Shown: piece by piece, positions 20,462 through 30,727 of the stretch
Layout of the letters: every line of letters starts with the position of its first letter
Position numbering within the stretch: the stretch's first letter is position 1
Origin: a virus
DNA length: 64,000 bases
Virus record (IMG/VR): IMGVR_UViG_3300028394_000044
Coordinates: 1-64,000 of that record
Strand: one strand, 5' to 3'
Notes under the pieces: model-generated
What the model saw: only the letters and a program-made list of their open reading frames with translations
The model's database searches: none
What the model was told of the DNA's origin: nothing
Program-made: the position numbers and the translations under genes

Positions 20462-20757
20462 CTACTATCACTTGGACAATCTCACAGACAGATTACCTTG
20501 TCGCTGACGGGTTTATTACCACAGCCCACTGGAGAGCAACTGCTGTAGACGGTGAATTTACGGAATCTATTTATTCCATGCTTATTTTTGCTCCCGGTAC
20601 ACCGACTATTTCATATAATGAAGTGACACAAAACGATGTGTTGAATTGGATTTGGGCAAACGGTGTAGATAAAGAAGCTACAGAATCAAGTCTTACACAA
20701 AAAATTGAGCAATTAAAGAACCCAGTAAAAGCTGCTGGTTTACCTTGGGCAATATAA
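20458..20757 (+). CDS. Small fibre-associated protein (follows S74 fibre)
   Basis: MTTITWTI..AHWR..VLNWIW..GLPW; paralogue of 26218..26604. Confidence 0.55.
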   Translation: MTTITWTISQTDYLVADGFITTAHWRATAVDGEFTESIYSMLIFAPGTPTISYNEVTQNDVLNWIWANGVDKEATESSLTQKIEQLKNPVKAAGLPWAI

Positions 20758-20770
20758 TAAGTAAAAATCT

Positions 20771-22969
20771 ATGAGCAATATAATTTCTGCCGACAACGGT
20801 GCATTCACTGGCATAGCGGGTATCAAATTAAGTAGTGATACTTCTGGTGCATTAGTAATACAATCAGGAAATAACGTTACTGCGTTAACGGTGGATTCTA
20901 GCCAAAACTTATCTTTGGTTGGTAATTTAACTGTACGTGGAATGGATCCTCTCGGTACTGCTAACTTAGCGTATACTGCAGCCAACTCTGGTATTGGTAT
21001 TGCTACTTCTGCATTTGGTCAAGCAAATAGTGCTTTTGGTCAGGCTAACCTTGCTTATACTACTGCAAACTCTGGTGTTGGTATCGCTACATCAGCTTTT
21101 GGTCAGGCTAACCTTGCTTATACTGCCGCAAACTCTGGTGTTGGTATTGCTACATCAGCTTTTGGTCAAGCTAACTTGGCTTATACTGCCGCTAATACCG
21201 CAGTTACAACAGGACAAGCTAATACTGGTGCTGGACTTATTGCCACAACAAGTGCATATCAAGCAAACTCTGGTGCAGGTTTAATCTCATTAAATTCTAC
21301 TCTAACATCTGCTTATCAAGCTAACGTTGGAAGTGCTATTGCACAAGGACAAGCTAACACTGGTGCTGGACTTATTACTGAAGTTGCGGCTAGACAAGCT
21401 AACACTGGCGCAGGTTTAATCTCATTAAATTCTACTCTAACATCTGCTTATCAGGCTAACGTTGGTGCTGGATTAATTACTTTAAACACAAGTTTAACTT
21501 CTGCTTATCAGGCTAACGTTGGTGCTGGATTAATTACTGAAGTTGCTGCTAGACAAGCTAATACTGGTGCAGGCCTAATCTCTCTAAGTTCCACTTTAAC
21601 ATCCGCATATCAGGCTAACTCTGGGGCTGGACTAATCTCTCTAAGTTCCACTTTAACATCCGCATATCAGGCTAACGTTGGTGCTGGTTTATTAACCAAA
21701 GCTGGGACAACAGGCTCCGGTGCTTCTGGCACTTGGGGTATCAACGTTACAGGTAGTGCAGGTTCAGCAACAACAGCCACCAACGTGTCTGGCGGTACAG
21801 TATCGGCAACTACAGGTACTTTTAGTGGCCTTATTAAGGCTGATGGTGGGACAACTCAAGTTGGCTCTAGCGCAGGCACGTATCGTCAGTTTCGATATGA
21901 CGGAACCATATCGTCCGATGGCACAAATTTTTATACCCTACTCAATTCTAACAACTATACCAGCTACAGCCCATCATTGACAGGTTCCGGAGCTTCTGGT
22001 ACTTGGAGTATTACAGCCACCAATGCCACCAACTCTACATTATTGTCCAATGCTGGCACAGGCATATATGCCGCTTCATCGGGCACAGCGTATAGCAGTG
22101 TTGTTTGTGTTCGTGAAGCTGGTCTTGGAGGTTCTGGTGCTTCTGCACCTAGGCTTGGATGGCATTGGGGTGGTGTTGTTGCTTCCAGTATTTCCATAGA
22201 ATCTGGCGGACGAATTGCTGTATGTAATAACCCCGGCACTTCATACGAAAACTTTATTGCCGCCATTTCATATGGTTCTGCTAGTGTTAGAGCACCATTA
22301 TTTTATGACTCTGATAACACTGGTTATTATGTTGATGCGGCCAGTACATCACAGTTGAATCAAGTTAACTTAAATGGCCCATTAGTTAGAACCACAGTAA
22401 GTCAAGGTTATTTAAGTGGAAATTATGCTTCATCAGAAACATCATACACACCAGGTTGTATATACACAATTGGTGGCAGTTATGTACCATCCGGATCCAG
22501 CTTAAATAACATATATGGTATAGGTTACACACACACTAACCAAGGTTCTATGTTGGGTAGTGGCGGCTGGGGATTATGGGTTTCTTTTAGTGGCACAGTA
22601 AGACATTATTTGGATGAAGGTGGTAATTCATTACATACAGGTAACGTCACTGCATATTACTCGGATGAAAGACTGAAAACTAAATTAGGTAAAATAGAAA
22701 ATCCAATTGAAAAAGTAAAATCATTAAATGGTTTTTATTATGAAGCAAATGAAATTGCACAACAATTAGGATATAAAGTTAAGCGTGAAGTTGGTCTCTC
22801 CGCTCAAGAAGTTCAAGCAATTTTACCTGAGATTGTAGCTCCTGCACCAGTTGATGCAAAATATTTAACAATTCATTATGAAAGAATTGTTCCTCTATTA
22901 GTTGAAGCCATCAAAGAACAACAACTTCAGATTGAAGAATTAAAATCCTTAGTATTATCACGACAATAA
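20771..22969 (+). CDS. Tail fibre with Ala/Asn coiled coil and C-terminal S74 chaperone
   Basis: SAFGQAN/YQAN repeats, RAPLFYDSD module, SDERLK..VGLSAQEVQAILPE..YERIVPLLVEAIKE. Confidence 0.8.
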   Translation: MSNIISADNGAFTGIAGIKLSSDTSGALVIQSGNNVTALTVDSSQNLSLVGNLTVRGMDPLGTANLAYTAANSGIGIATSAFGQANSAFGQANLAYTTANSGVGIATSAFGQANLAYTAANSGVGIATSAFGQANLAYTAANTAVTTGQANTGAGLIATTSAYQANSGAGLISLNSTLTSAYQANVGSAIAQGQANTGAGLITEVAARQANTGAGLISLNSTLTSAYQANVGAGLITLNTSLTSAYQANVGAGLITEVAARQANTGAGLISLSSTLTSAYQANSGAGLISLSSTLTSAYQANVGAGLLTKAGTTGSGASGTWGINVTGSAGSATTATNVSGGTVSATTGTFSGLIKADGGTTQVGSSAGTYRQFRYDGTISSDGTNFYTLLNSNNYTSYSPSLTGSGASGTWSITATNATNSTLLSNAGTGIYAASSGTAYSSVVCVREAGLGGSGASAPRLGWHWGGVVASSISIESGGRIAVCNNPGTSYENFIAAISYGSASVRAPLFYDSDNTGYYVDAASTSQLNQVNLNGPLVRTTVSQGYLSGNYASSETSYTPGCIYTIGGSYVPSGSSLNNIYGIGYTHTNQGSMLGSGGWGLWVSFSGTVRHYLDEGGNSLHTGNVTAYYSDERLKTKLGKIENPIEKVKSLNGFYYEANEIAQQLGYKVKREVGLSAQEVQAILPEIVAPAPVDAKYLTIHYERIVPLLVEAIKEQQLQIEELKSLVLSRQ

Positions 22970-22994
22970 ATAGCCAATAACAGAGGAAATTTAA

Positions 22995-25900
22995 ATGAGT
23001 TCTATCATCAATGCTGATGACGGCAGTGTTTCAGGTCGTGCAGGTCTAAAGACAATATCCGGAAATAACGGTACACTAGAGATACAATCTAAAGGTGTAA
23101 CCGCTATTACGGTTAATGATACACAATCCGTTACATTTGCAAATACTATTTACACACCATCAATTGTAAGTGCAAGTATTAATGTACTGACTGGTTCAGC
23201 AACATCAGCATTTGGTCAGGCTAACTTAGCTTATAATGCGGCTAATACCGCAGTTACAACAGGACAAGCAAACGTTGGGTCTGCGGTTATTGCAGTTACT
23301 TCTGCATATCAAGCTAATACTGGTGCGGTCAATATTTCATTGAATAATGAGATTACTGATAGACAAGCAAATGTAGGTTTAGTCAATATTGGTTTAAACT
23401 CTGAGATTAGTAACCGCCAAGCTAACGTTGGTGCGGTCAATATTTCATTAAACACTGAGATTAGTAACCGCCAAGTTAACGTTGGCGATGCGGTAATTTC
23501 AACCACCAATGCTTACCAAGCTAACGTAGGTGCTGGACTTATTGCTACCACTAATGTTTATCAAGCTAATACTGGTGCAGTTAATATCTCACTCAATAAT
23601 GAAATTGCAAACCGCCAAGCAAACGTTGGTGCTGGTCGTATTGCCGACCAATTATCTGCTCAAGCTAATACTGGTGCTGGACTTATTGCCACCACAAATG
23701 CTTATCAAGCAAACGTTGGTGCGGTAAATATTTCCTTGAATTCGGAGATTACAAACCGCCAAGCAAACGTTGGTGATGCGGTAATTTCTACAACAAATGC
23801 TTACCAAGCTAACGTAGGCTTAGCTAGAATTGCATTACAAGGTCGTGCAGACTCCGCATTTCAACAAGCTAACTTAGCATATAACACAGCCAATTCTGGA
23901 AGTGGTGTGGCCGCTTCTGCATTTGGTCAAGCTAATTTGGCTTATAACACAGCAAACTCTGGTATTGGTATTGCTACTTCTGCATTTGGTCAGGCTAACC
24001 TTGCTTATACTGCCGCAAACTCTGGTATTGGTATTGCCACATCAGCCTTTGGTCAGGCTAACTTAGCATATAACACAGCCAATTCTGGAAGTGGTGTAGC
24101 CGCTTCTGCATTTGGTCAGGCTAACCTTGCTTATACTGCGGCTAATACCGCAGTCACTACTGGTCAAGCTAACGTAGGTGCTGGACTTATTGCCACAACA
24201 AGTGCATATCAGGCTAACTCTGGTGCTGGTTTAATTACACTGAATTCAAATTTAACTTCTGCATATCAGGCTAACTCTGGTGCTGGTTTAATTACACTGA
24301 ATTCAAATTTAACTTCTGCATATCAAGCTAACTCTGGGGCTGGTTTAATTACTGAAGTTGCGGCTAGACAAGCTAATACTGGTGCAGGTCTAATCTCATT
24401 AAGTTCTACTCTAACATCTGCTTATCAAGCTAACGTTGGTGCTGGTCTTATTACTACGACTTCTGCATATCAGGCTAACTCTGGTGCAGGTCTAATCTCA
24501 TTAAGTTCTACTCTAACATCTGCTTATCAAGCTAACACTGGTGCTGGTATATTAACCAAAGTTTCAAAATCTGGTGATACACTGACCGGGTTATTTCAAA
24601 TTTCCGGTCAAGCAACAATCAATACTACAACACCAGGAACAGGAAATTATGGTCTACATTTTACTGGTCAAACAACTGCCGATCAAGCCGCAGGTATAAC
24701 TTGGAACGGAGGCTACGGTACAACTGGTGCTCAAGCCGGTATCTATGTACAAGGTTCAGGTAGTTATGGTACAAAAATGTATTTTGCTACAACTGATTCT
24801 TATGCGTCGGGTTCTAAAACTGCATTGTCTATTGACCATTCTGGTACAAGTAGTTTTCTAAGAAGCTATACATCTTCTGTTGGTTCTTTTAGAGCACCAT
24901 TATTCTATGACTCTGATGATACTACTTATTATGGAGATTTTGCTAGTACGTCTAACATTTATAACCTAATAATTAAAGGCGTAATAGGCGATGGTACAGC
25001 CCCACTACGGCTTTCACCAACAAGTTCTTCTGGCACTTTTCAATGGGCATCTACTTCTATATCAACTTCGCTTGGTGCTGGTCAGACGATGGCCCATTTT
25101 ATTGGCAATGCTTTAAGTCCCGGCAATAGCGGGTATTTGGGATTCAACTATACCAGTGCAGCCTCCGGAAGTAACTACGTATCGCTTGGTCATTACGGAA
25201 ACGATAACATCTTGCGCGTGTACTACGGTACATACACGCAATCTTTGGGAAGTATGCGTGCACCACTTTTCTATGACTCTGATGATACTGCATATTATAT
25301 TGATCCTAACTCAACATCTAATACTGGTTTAAAAATGCGTGGAGGTGCACTTTTTGGACCAAACACATCATGGAGTGCTTATCTTTATGTTGGTACAAAC
25401 GGAAACGTAAGCGGTACCGCAACTGTTGCCGCCACAAACGGCAACCTGCATATTGATACGGCTGGTTCTGGATATCCATTATACTTACAATATTACTGTG
25501 GTGGTTATACAGAAGCATATGGCAGTATGCGCTCTCCAATATTTTATGATTTGAATGACACTGGCTATTATACTAACCAAGCTAGTGGTAGTAATCATCG
25601 TTATCAACAACTTTCCGGTGCTTGGGCAGGATCGCCTTTTGGCTCTGGCAGTGAACAATTAACTATTCGTTCAAATTATCCTTCTATGTGTCATAGAAAC
25701 ACAGATACTGGATACTATTGGTTAATTCATATGGCGGCCAATAACACATTAAATTGGTATGGCGGTGGTGGTGGTGTTGATGGTAGCAGTTGGGCTCAAC
25801 TTAAAATTTTAGATATGTCAGGTAATCTGACTGCATCAGGCAACATTACTGCTTATTCGGATAGAAGATTAAAAACAAACATTGTTGTTATTGATAATGC

Positions 25901-26192
25901 ACTCGATAAAATTAAAAAACTAAGAGGTGTGTATTTTGATTGGATTAAAACAGGTGAACATTCTATAGGTATGATTGCTCAAGAAGTTGAAGAAGTTATT
26001 CCTGAATTGGTGTTGACACATGAAGAAATTAAACCAGGTGAAGATGAAATCTCTAGCATTACAAAATCTTTAGACTATGCAAAACTTGTTTCCTTACTGA
26101 TTGAAGGTATGAAAGAACAACAACTTCAGATTGAATCACAACAAAAACAAATTGAAGAATTGAAATCATATATATCAGATGATAACAAATAA
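22995..26192 (+). CDS. Tail fibre with Ala/Asn coiled coil, three RAP(L/I)FYD modules and C-terminal S74 chaperone
   Basis: SDRRLK..IGMIAQEVEEVIPE..YAKLVSLLIEGMKE; SD GAGG. Confidence 0.8.
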   Translation: MSSIINADDGSVSGRAGLKTISGNNGTLEIQSKGVTAITVNDTQSVTFANTIYTPSIVSASINVLTGSATSAFGQANLAYNAANTAVTTGQANVGSAVIAVTSAYQANTGAVNISLNNEITDRQANVGLVNIGLNSEISNRQANVGAVNISLNTEISNRQVNVGDAVISTTNAYQANVGAGLIATTNVYQANTGAVNISLNNEIANRQANVGAGRIADQLSAQANTGAGLIATTNAYQANVGAVNISLNSEITNRQANVGDAVISTTNAYQANVGLARIALQGRADSAFQQANLAYNTANSGSGVAASAFGQANLAYNTANSGIGIATSAFGQANLAYTAANSGIGIATSAFGQANLAYNTANSGSGVAASAFGQANLAYTAANTAVTTGQANVGAGLIATTSAYQANSGAGLITLNSNLTSAYQANSGAGLITLNSNLTSAYQANSGAGLITEVAARQANTGAGLISLSSTLTSAYQANVGAGLITTTSAYQANSGAGLISLSSTLTSAYQANTGAGILTKVSKSGDTLTGLFQISGQATINTTTPGTGNYGLHFTGQTTADQAAGITWNGGYGTTGAQAGIYVQGSGSYGTKMYFATTDSYASGSKTALSIDHSGTSSFLRSYTSSVGSFRAPLFYDSDDTTYYGDFASTSNIYNLIIKGVIGDGTAPLRLSPTSSSGTFQWASTSISTSLGAGQTMAHFIGNALSPGNSGYLGFNYTSAASGSNYVSLGHYGNDNILRVYYGTYTQSLGSMRAPLFYDSDDTAYYIDPNSTSNTGLKMRGGALFGPNTSWSAYLYVGTNGNVSGTATVAATNGNLHIDTAGSGYPLYLQYYCGGYTEAYGSMRSPIFYDLNDTGYYTNQASGSNHRYQQLSGAWAGSPFGSGSEQLTIRSNYPSMCHRNTDTGYYWLIHMAANNTLNWYGGGGGVDGSSWAQLKILDMSGNLTASGNITAYSDRRLKTNIVVIDNALDKIKKLRGVYFDWIKTGEHSIGMIAQEVEEVIPELVLTHEEIKPGEDEISSITKSLDYAKLVSLLIEGMKEQQLQIESQQKQIEELKSYISDDNK

Positions 26193-26217
26193 CTCGTCAA
26201 AATTTTAGGAGAAAATA

Positions 26218-26604
26218 ATGACAATGCCACCAACAATAACAATTAGTAGACCAGACTACTCACACTTGACCTTTACTTGGTCAGTTACAAGTCTAAAAAC
26301 TAAGAATGAAGGTTCAAACGAATCAGCCGTAGTTCAGACATACTGGAAAAAGATTGGTACCGATGCACAAGGTAACACAGGTGAATTTTCTGGAGCTACT
26401 CCATTCACCTCAACAACTATGCCAGAAGGTGACACATTTGTTCCATTTTCTGAACTAACAGAGGAAATTGTTCTTGGTTGGATTAAAGATGTGGTCGTTG
26501 GTTCTTATGAAGACCACGTAAACGGTAAAATTGCCGAACAAATTGATGCAAAAGTGAATGTAGTGGCTGAAGCAGAATTGCCTTGGTCCACTCCATCCGC
26601 TTAA
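26218..26604 (+). CDS. Small fibre-associated protein (follows S74 fibre)
   Basis: FTWSV..YWK..FVPFSELTEEIVLGWI..LPW; paralogue of 20458..20757; SD AGGAG. Confidence 0.55.
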   Translation: MTMPPTITISRPDYSHLTFTWSVTSLKTKNEGSNESAVVQTYWKKIGTDAQGNTGEFSGATPFTSTTMPEGDTFVPFSELTEEIVLGWIKDVVVGSYEDHVNGKIAEQIDAKVNVVAEAELPWSTPSA

Positions 26605-26643
26605 CTAAATAACTAATTATCATTTATACATAAGGAGATTGAA

Positions 26644-26835
26644 ATGAATGAACAACAAGAACCAACAGTAACTTTGGAACTTAAAGCAACCCAAGTAAAC
26701 GCAATCATTGCAGGCTTGGAAGAACTTCCACATAAAGTAAGCCGTGCTATCATTGATGAAATTATTCGTCAAGGACAACCACAATTGCAAGCACAAGCTC
26801 CAGCAGGTCCATTGGCTGACAAAGTTATCAACTAA
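26644..26835 (+). CDS. Small helical protein, possible fibre chaperone
   Basis: Strong SD TAAGGAG; LELKATQVNAIIAGLEELP motif; ACTAAATA at 26604-26611 upstream. Confidence 0.5.
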   Translation: MNEQQEPTVTLELKATQVNAIIAGLEELPHKVSRAIIDEIIRQGQPQLQAQAPAGPLADKVIN

Positions 26836-26847
26836 GGATAATTAAGA

Positions 26848-27789
26848 ATGGCATTGCCATCATCACCATCATCTATTTCATTAAACCAAGTTAACACAGA
26901 ACTAGGATTTAGTGCTACTGCAATTATTGCGATGAATGATGCCGCTGTTCGCACACTATTTGGTGTTGCTTCTGGTGCAATTAGCATGTCCAATGGATAT
27001 GGTAAGTCAAACGCTTTGGCGGTTAATTACTTGGTAGTTTCAGGTGGAAATATAGGTCAGCAAGGTGGTGGTGGCGGAGGTGCTGGAGGATATATTTCTA
27101 CTTCAGCATCTCTTTCTAAAGGAACAGCCTTTACTGTCACAGTTGCTGCCGGAGGGTCTACACCTGGTCAAATTGGACCTAGTTCATCATTTAATGGGAC
27201 TGCCCCATTAGGTGGTGGATCTACAGTGAATCGTAGTTATACAGATATTCCTGGTGGTTCAGGTTATGGACAGTTTTATGGTCCCTCATTTGGTTATGGT
27301 ACAGCAGGTCAAGGAAATAATGGTGGCGCTGGTTATTATAATGGCGGTTGCGGTGCTGTCAGTTATGGTGGTGGTGGTGGCGGTGCGGGTGCAGCCGGTG
27401 GTGGACCTGGTGCTGGCGGTGCTGGCTTAACTTGGTATGATGGCATAACTCGCGCTGGCGGGGGTGGTGGTACTATTTCATATCTTACTTATTGTGCTTG
27501 CGGACCATTTTGGTATGGACAATCTGGATATGCTGGTGGCGCCGGAGGAGGTGGAACAGGTGCATCTAGTGATGATTGTAATGGCTATACAGCAGGAGTT
27601 AGCGGTTCTGCAAATACTGGTGGTGGTGGTGGTTCTGGTGCGATTAACGGAACTGCTGGCCCATCAGGTGGTTCGGGCGTAGTAGTTATCCGCTATGCAG
27701 GTTCTCAAGTTGCTACGGGTGGAACCGTTACTTCTTCTGGTGGTTATACCTACCATACTTTTACTACATCAGGAACTTTTACTACATAA
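26848..27789 (+). CDS. Glycine-rich (polyglycine) adhesin-like virion protein
   Basis: MALPSS..ISLNQVNTELG docking N-terminus; GGGGGAG motifs separated by variable Cys/aromatic loops; GGSGVVVIRY..YHTFTTSGTF. Confidence 0.65.
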   Translation: MALPSSPSSISLNQVNTELGFSATAIIAMNDAAVRTLFGVASGAISMSNGYGKSNALAVNYLVVSGGNIGQQGGGGGGAGGYISTSASLSKGTAFTVTVAAGGSTPGQIGPSSSFNGTAPLGGGSTVNRSYTDIPGGSGYGQFYGPSFGYGTAGQGNNGGAGYYNGGCGAVSYGGGGGGAGAAGGGPGAGGAGLTWYDGITRAGGGGGTISYLTYCACGPFWYGQSGYAGGAGGGGTGASSDDCNGYTAGVSGSANTGGGGGSGAINGTAGPSGGSGVVVIRYAGSQVATGGTVTSSGGYTYHTFTTSGTFTT

Positions 27790-27796
27790 TAATCCA

Positions 27797-28213
27797 ATGG
27801 CACATTTTGCACAACTTAATGAAAACAACATAGTTATAAACGTGTTGGTTATTGAACAAACAATGATTGATACGGGTCTTTGGGGTGACCCTTCACGTTG
27901 GTTTCAAACTAGTTTTAATACGCGTGGTGGAATTTATTATATTCCAAATACAAATACTCCGGATCCAGATCAAACTAAAGCATTTCGTAAAAACTTTGCA
28001 GGTATAGGAGATACATACTTAGTTAATGGTCCAAGTGGTGAGGGTTTTACTAAACAACAACCATATCCATCATGGAAAATGAATAATTTTTCTTATTTAT
28101 TCGAACCACCTATTCCAATGCCAATTGCTCAAGGATACTGTAGCTGGGATGAGTCTATTTTAAATTGGTCATGTTTAGATAAAATTATTGAAATTCCTAT
28201 ATATCCGGAGTAA
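27797..28213 (+). CDS. Partner of glycine-rich protein (MAHFAQL family)
   Basis: True start re-assigned to ATG 27797 (MAHFAQLNENNIV); WFQTSFN..FRKNFAGIG..PYPSW motifs. Confidence 0.6.
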   Translation: MAHFAQLNENNIVINVLVIEQTMIDTGLWGDPSRWFQTSFNTRGGIYYIPNTNTPDPDQTKAFRKNFAGIGDTYLVNGPSGEGFTKQQPYPSWKMNNFSYLFEPPIPMPIAQGYCSWDESILNWSCLDKIIEIPIYPE

Positions 28214-28216
28214 TTT

Positions 28217-28462
28217 ATGACAATAAAACTTAAAGAATCAACTTCACTATTACCGGAACAACTTGTGATGTTTGTTTCAGCAAATGTACGTAAAGAACGA
28301 TTATCTATGTGTAACGCATGTGAACATGCTAAGCCTATACCTCTAGTTGAATACCGTAGATGTGAATTGTGTAATTGTGTGATTGAATTAAAAACAACTA
28401 TTAAAGCTACAAGTTGTCCAATAGCTAAGTGGTCTACTAGTACCGAAAATTATGAACAATAA
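28217..28462 (+). CDS. Small Cys-rich protein (CxxC..CxxCxC..CP..KW; DUF6171-like)
   Basis: RLSMCNAC..RCELCNC..SCPIAKW. Confidence 0.55.
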   Translation: MTIKLKESTSLLPEQLVMFVSANVRKERLSMCNACEHAKPIPLVEYRRCELCNCVIELKTTIKATSCPIAKWSTSTENYEQ

Positions 28463-28533
28463 CTGACTTATAAGTATAAAAAAACAAAAAAACATATATA
28501 GTTATATAACTTCTCCACAAAAAAGAATTTTAA

Positions 28534-28995
28534 ATGAGTATTATTTTAGATGGCACAAATGGTATCAACATTAATGGCGTAGCTATTAATGCTACTGGAG
28601 GAACGTATTATTCCAATCAATATTTAATGACTGGTATTACTTCAAGTAATACAGAGACTGAAATTTTTATAGGTGGAGTAGCAAACAGTAGAATTGGTAT
28701 AGTTTCATCAAATACAATTTATTATAATATAGATGTAATGACAATTAGAACTGGAGACTATGCTTATATTTCACCAGAATGTGCTACGTTTTATATTAAA
28801 GGTGCTATAAGAAATATCGGAGGAACAGTTTCTGATATTGGTAATTTATATGAAGTTGTAGTTACTAGATCAGATGCTGCTTTTTTGGTAGATTCTAGGG
28901 CTAACAATATAGACAAATCATTAAGCGTATATGTAAAAGGCAAACCGTCTATAAACATGAAATGGACTGCAATCGTTACTACAATGGAGTTATAA
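28534..28995 (+). CDS. Virion protein paralogous to the C-terminal domain of 13076..14041
   Basis: EIFIGGVANSRI..YYNIDV..GTVSDIGNLYEVVV.R.DA.F.VDSRANN..W.A.VTT.E shared. Confidence 0.6.
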   Translation: MSIILDGTNGININGVAINATGGTYYSNQYLMTGITSSNTETEIFIGGVANSRIGIVSSNTIYYNIDVMTIRTGDYAYISPECATFYIKGAIRNIGGTVSDIGNLYEVVVTRSDAAFLVDSRANNIDKSLSVYVKGKPSINMKWTAIVTTMEL

Positions 28996-28996
28996 T

Positions 28997-29491
28997 ATGC
29001 CAAGAAGAACGCGGTCAATACTTATAGATAATTCTTTAGGAAAAGTTTTCACTAACGTGGATGATAGTGCAGTTGTAAATTCTTCCAGTGTAATTGCTTC
29101 CAGTGTATCAAAAACATTGCAATTTCCTCCACCAACAACAACTACTAAGGTTGCGGTATTGAATAATCTAGGTCTCAGTGGCTTAGGTACAAATTTTCCA
29201 AATGGTGCATTTATTACTAATATAGAACTTAGTGCAGTTACCGCTCCAAAGGGAAAAACTGCCGGGCAACCTGGTGGAGATATTGCTATAAGGTTAAGAA
29301 CAGGAACTTCTAACTCTAACTCATCAAATCTAGGAACATTCGCATTACCCGGACCTCTAACACTTAAAAAATATATCAATCAAACACTAACTATATCTAC
29401 AGGAGAGAATTTGTATGTTGATATAATTAGAATAGGCAACTCAGTAACAGGCGCAGGTTTCGGATTCACAATATCATATTTCACATCATGA
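28997..29491 (+). CDS. Hypothetical virion/fibre-tip protein
   Basis: Beta-rich C-terminus LYVDIIRIGNSVTGAGF; co-oriented in cassette. Confidence 0.45.
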   Translation: MPRRTRSILIDNSLGKVFTNVDDSAVVNSSSVIASSVSKTLQFPPPTTTTKVAVLNNLGLSGLGTNFPNGAFITNIELSAVTAPKGKTAGQPGGDIAIRLRTGTSNSNSSNLGTFALPGPLTLKKYINQTLTISTGENLYVDIIRIGNSVTGAGFGFTISYFTS

Positions 29492-29700
29492 CAGACGATA
29501 AAATTAAAACATATTTTGGAGAAAAAACAGTGTATAAGTTCACTGGACCTCCAAATCAAATAGTACAACTATTAATAAATAAAGAAATTTCAGTAAATTA
29601 TATAGTAGTTGATGATATTGCATATTTAATAACTTCAGAACCTTTAAATGATATGCTCAACGATCAGTTGAGTATATTTTCAACACCAATAGGAATATAA
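29488..29700 (+). CDS. Hypothetical protein
   Basis: ATGA overlap with upstream gene. Confidence 0.45.
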   Translation: MTDDKIKTYFGEKTVYKFTGPPNQIVQLLINKEISVNYIVVDDIAYLITSEPLNDMLNDQLSIFSTPIGI

Positions 29701-29703
29701 TAT

Positions 29704-30723
29704 ATGTACGCTAAATTAGTAGTAGGTGGATCACCTATCACATCGGTTGCTGCTATACGAGATATTGGTAGATTACTCACAGCACCGGAAGGCAATGTTA
29801 GCACAAGTTTATTGGGAGCTTTTAGCAACTCAAGTTCAGTTATACTAGATTCCACTCCAGCGGGTTGGACTTATGTTGGCAGTACTAATCCATTGGACAG
29901 ACCTACTATTGGAGTAGTTGGAACAACTTATACACAAAACACAACTGCACCAAATAACATATGTTGTTCTGCACCTTGTTTAGAAGGTAGTGCATTAAAA
30001 TATGTAGCGCTTACTGTGGGGTATAATAGTACTGGAAATACTGGCTATTTTGCTATGACTACAGCTTCTAGTGCAAATTCAACAGGGGTTTTGGTTAATG
30101 AAACTGTTAGAAATTTTATGACCAGCTCATCGGTCGCTGTAACCAATAATTTTGCGGTAACTGGTGGACAAGTTTATCATTTAATTGCAAATCAACAAGG
30201 TGTCACTATAGTTTGTGAAAATACAGGGTTATCTGCCGTCTGGGAATCTAGTATGACTGATGTTAATCGATTTTATGGTACTGCACCGGTAGTCCATTAT
30301 TTACATAATATTTCTACGAGTGTACAGTTTACAGATTCTTCTATAGGCCCATCGTCCTCTATGGTGGGGGCTAAAGCATTTGCAATAACAGTTGCAGTAA
30401 CCGATGTAAATACTGGAACTTATTACGGAACGTATGATGTTACTAGTTCAGGTTCTGCTAACATTTTCTTTTTAGCACAGAATGATTTAACTTACCGTAA
30501 AAATTCTATTGATGCTACAGGAGCACCAAAATACCAAATAACTCCAATCTTGTACACAAATAGTTCCCTTGGGCATCCAATACAATATGTAACTGGGGTT
30601 GTTCCAATTTACTGGACTAAAGGTTCTTTAGGCAATAGTGGCGATACAGTTATGGTTGGCGCTGATCCATATACATATTTTAATTGTGGAACTGGATTTG
30701 GTATAATTATGAAAACGAGTTAA
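29704..30723 (+). CDS. Putative virion structural protein
   Basis: 339-aa S/T/G-rich beta-type composition. Confidence 0.5.
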   Translation: MYAKLVVGGSPITSVAAIRDIGRLLTAPEGNVSTSLLGAFSNSSSVILDSTPAGWTYVGSTNPLDRPTIGVVGTTYTQNTTAPNNICCSAPCLEGSALKYVALTVGYNSTGNTGYFAMTTASSANSTGVLVNETVRNFMTSSSVAVTNNFAVTGGQVYHLIANQQGVTIVCENTGLSAVWESSMTDVNRFYGTAPVVHYLHNISTSVQFTDSSIGPSSSMVGAKAFAITVAVTDVNTGTYYGTYDVTSSGSANIFFLAQNDLTYRKNSIDATGAPKYQITPILYTNSSLGHPIQYVTGVVPIYWTKGSLGNSGDTVMVGADPYTYFNCGTGFGIIMKTS

Positions 30724-30727
30724 CGTT

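Noticed and set aside
17831-27789. Diversity-generating retroelement or invertase shufflon acting on fibres
   Set aside because: No reverse transcriptase, no TR/VR pair with adenine-specific differences, no site-specific recombinase and no inverted cassettes seen in the window
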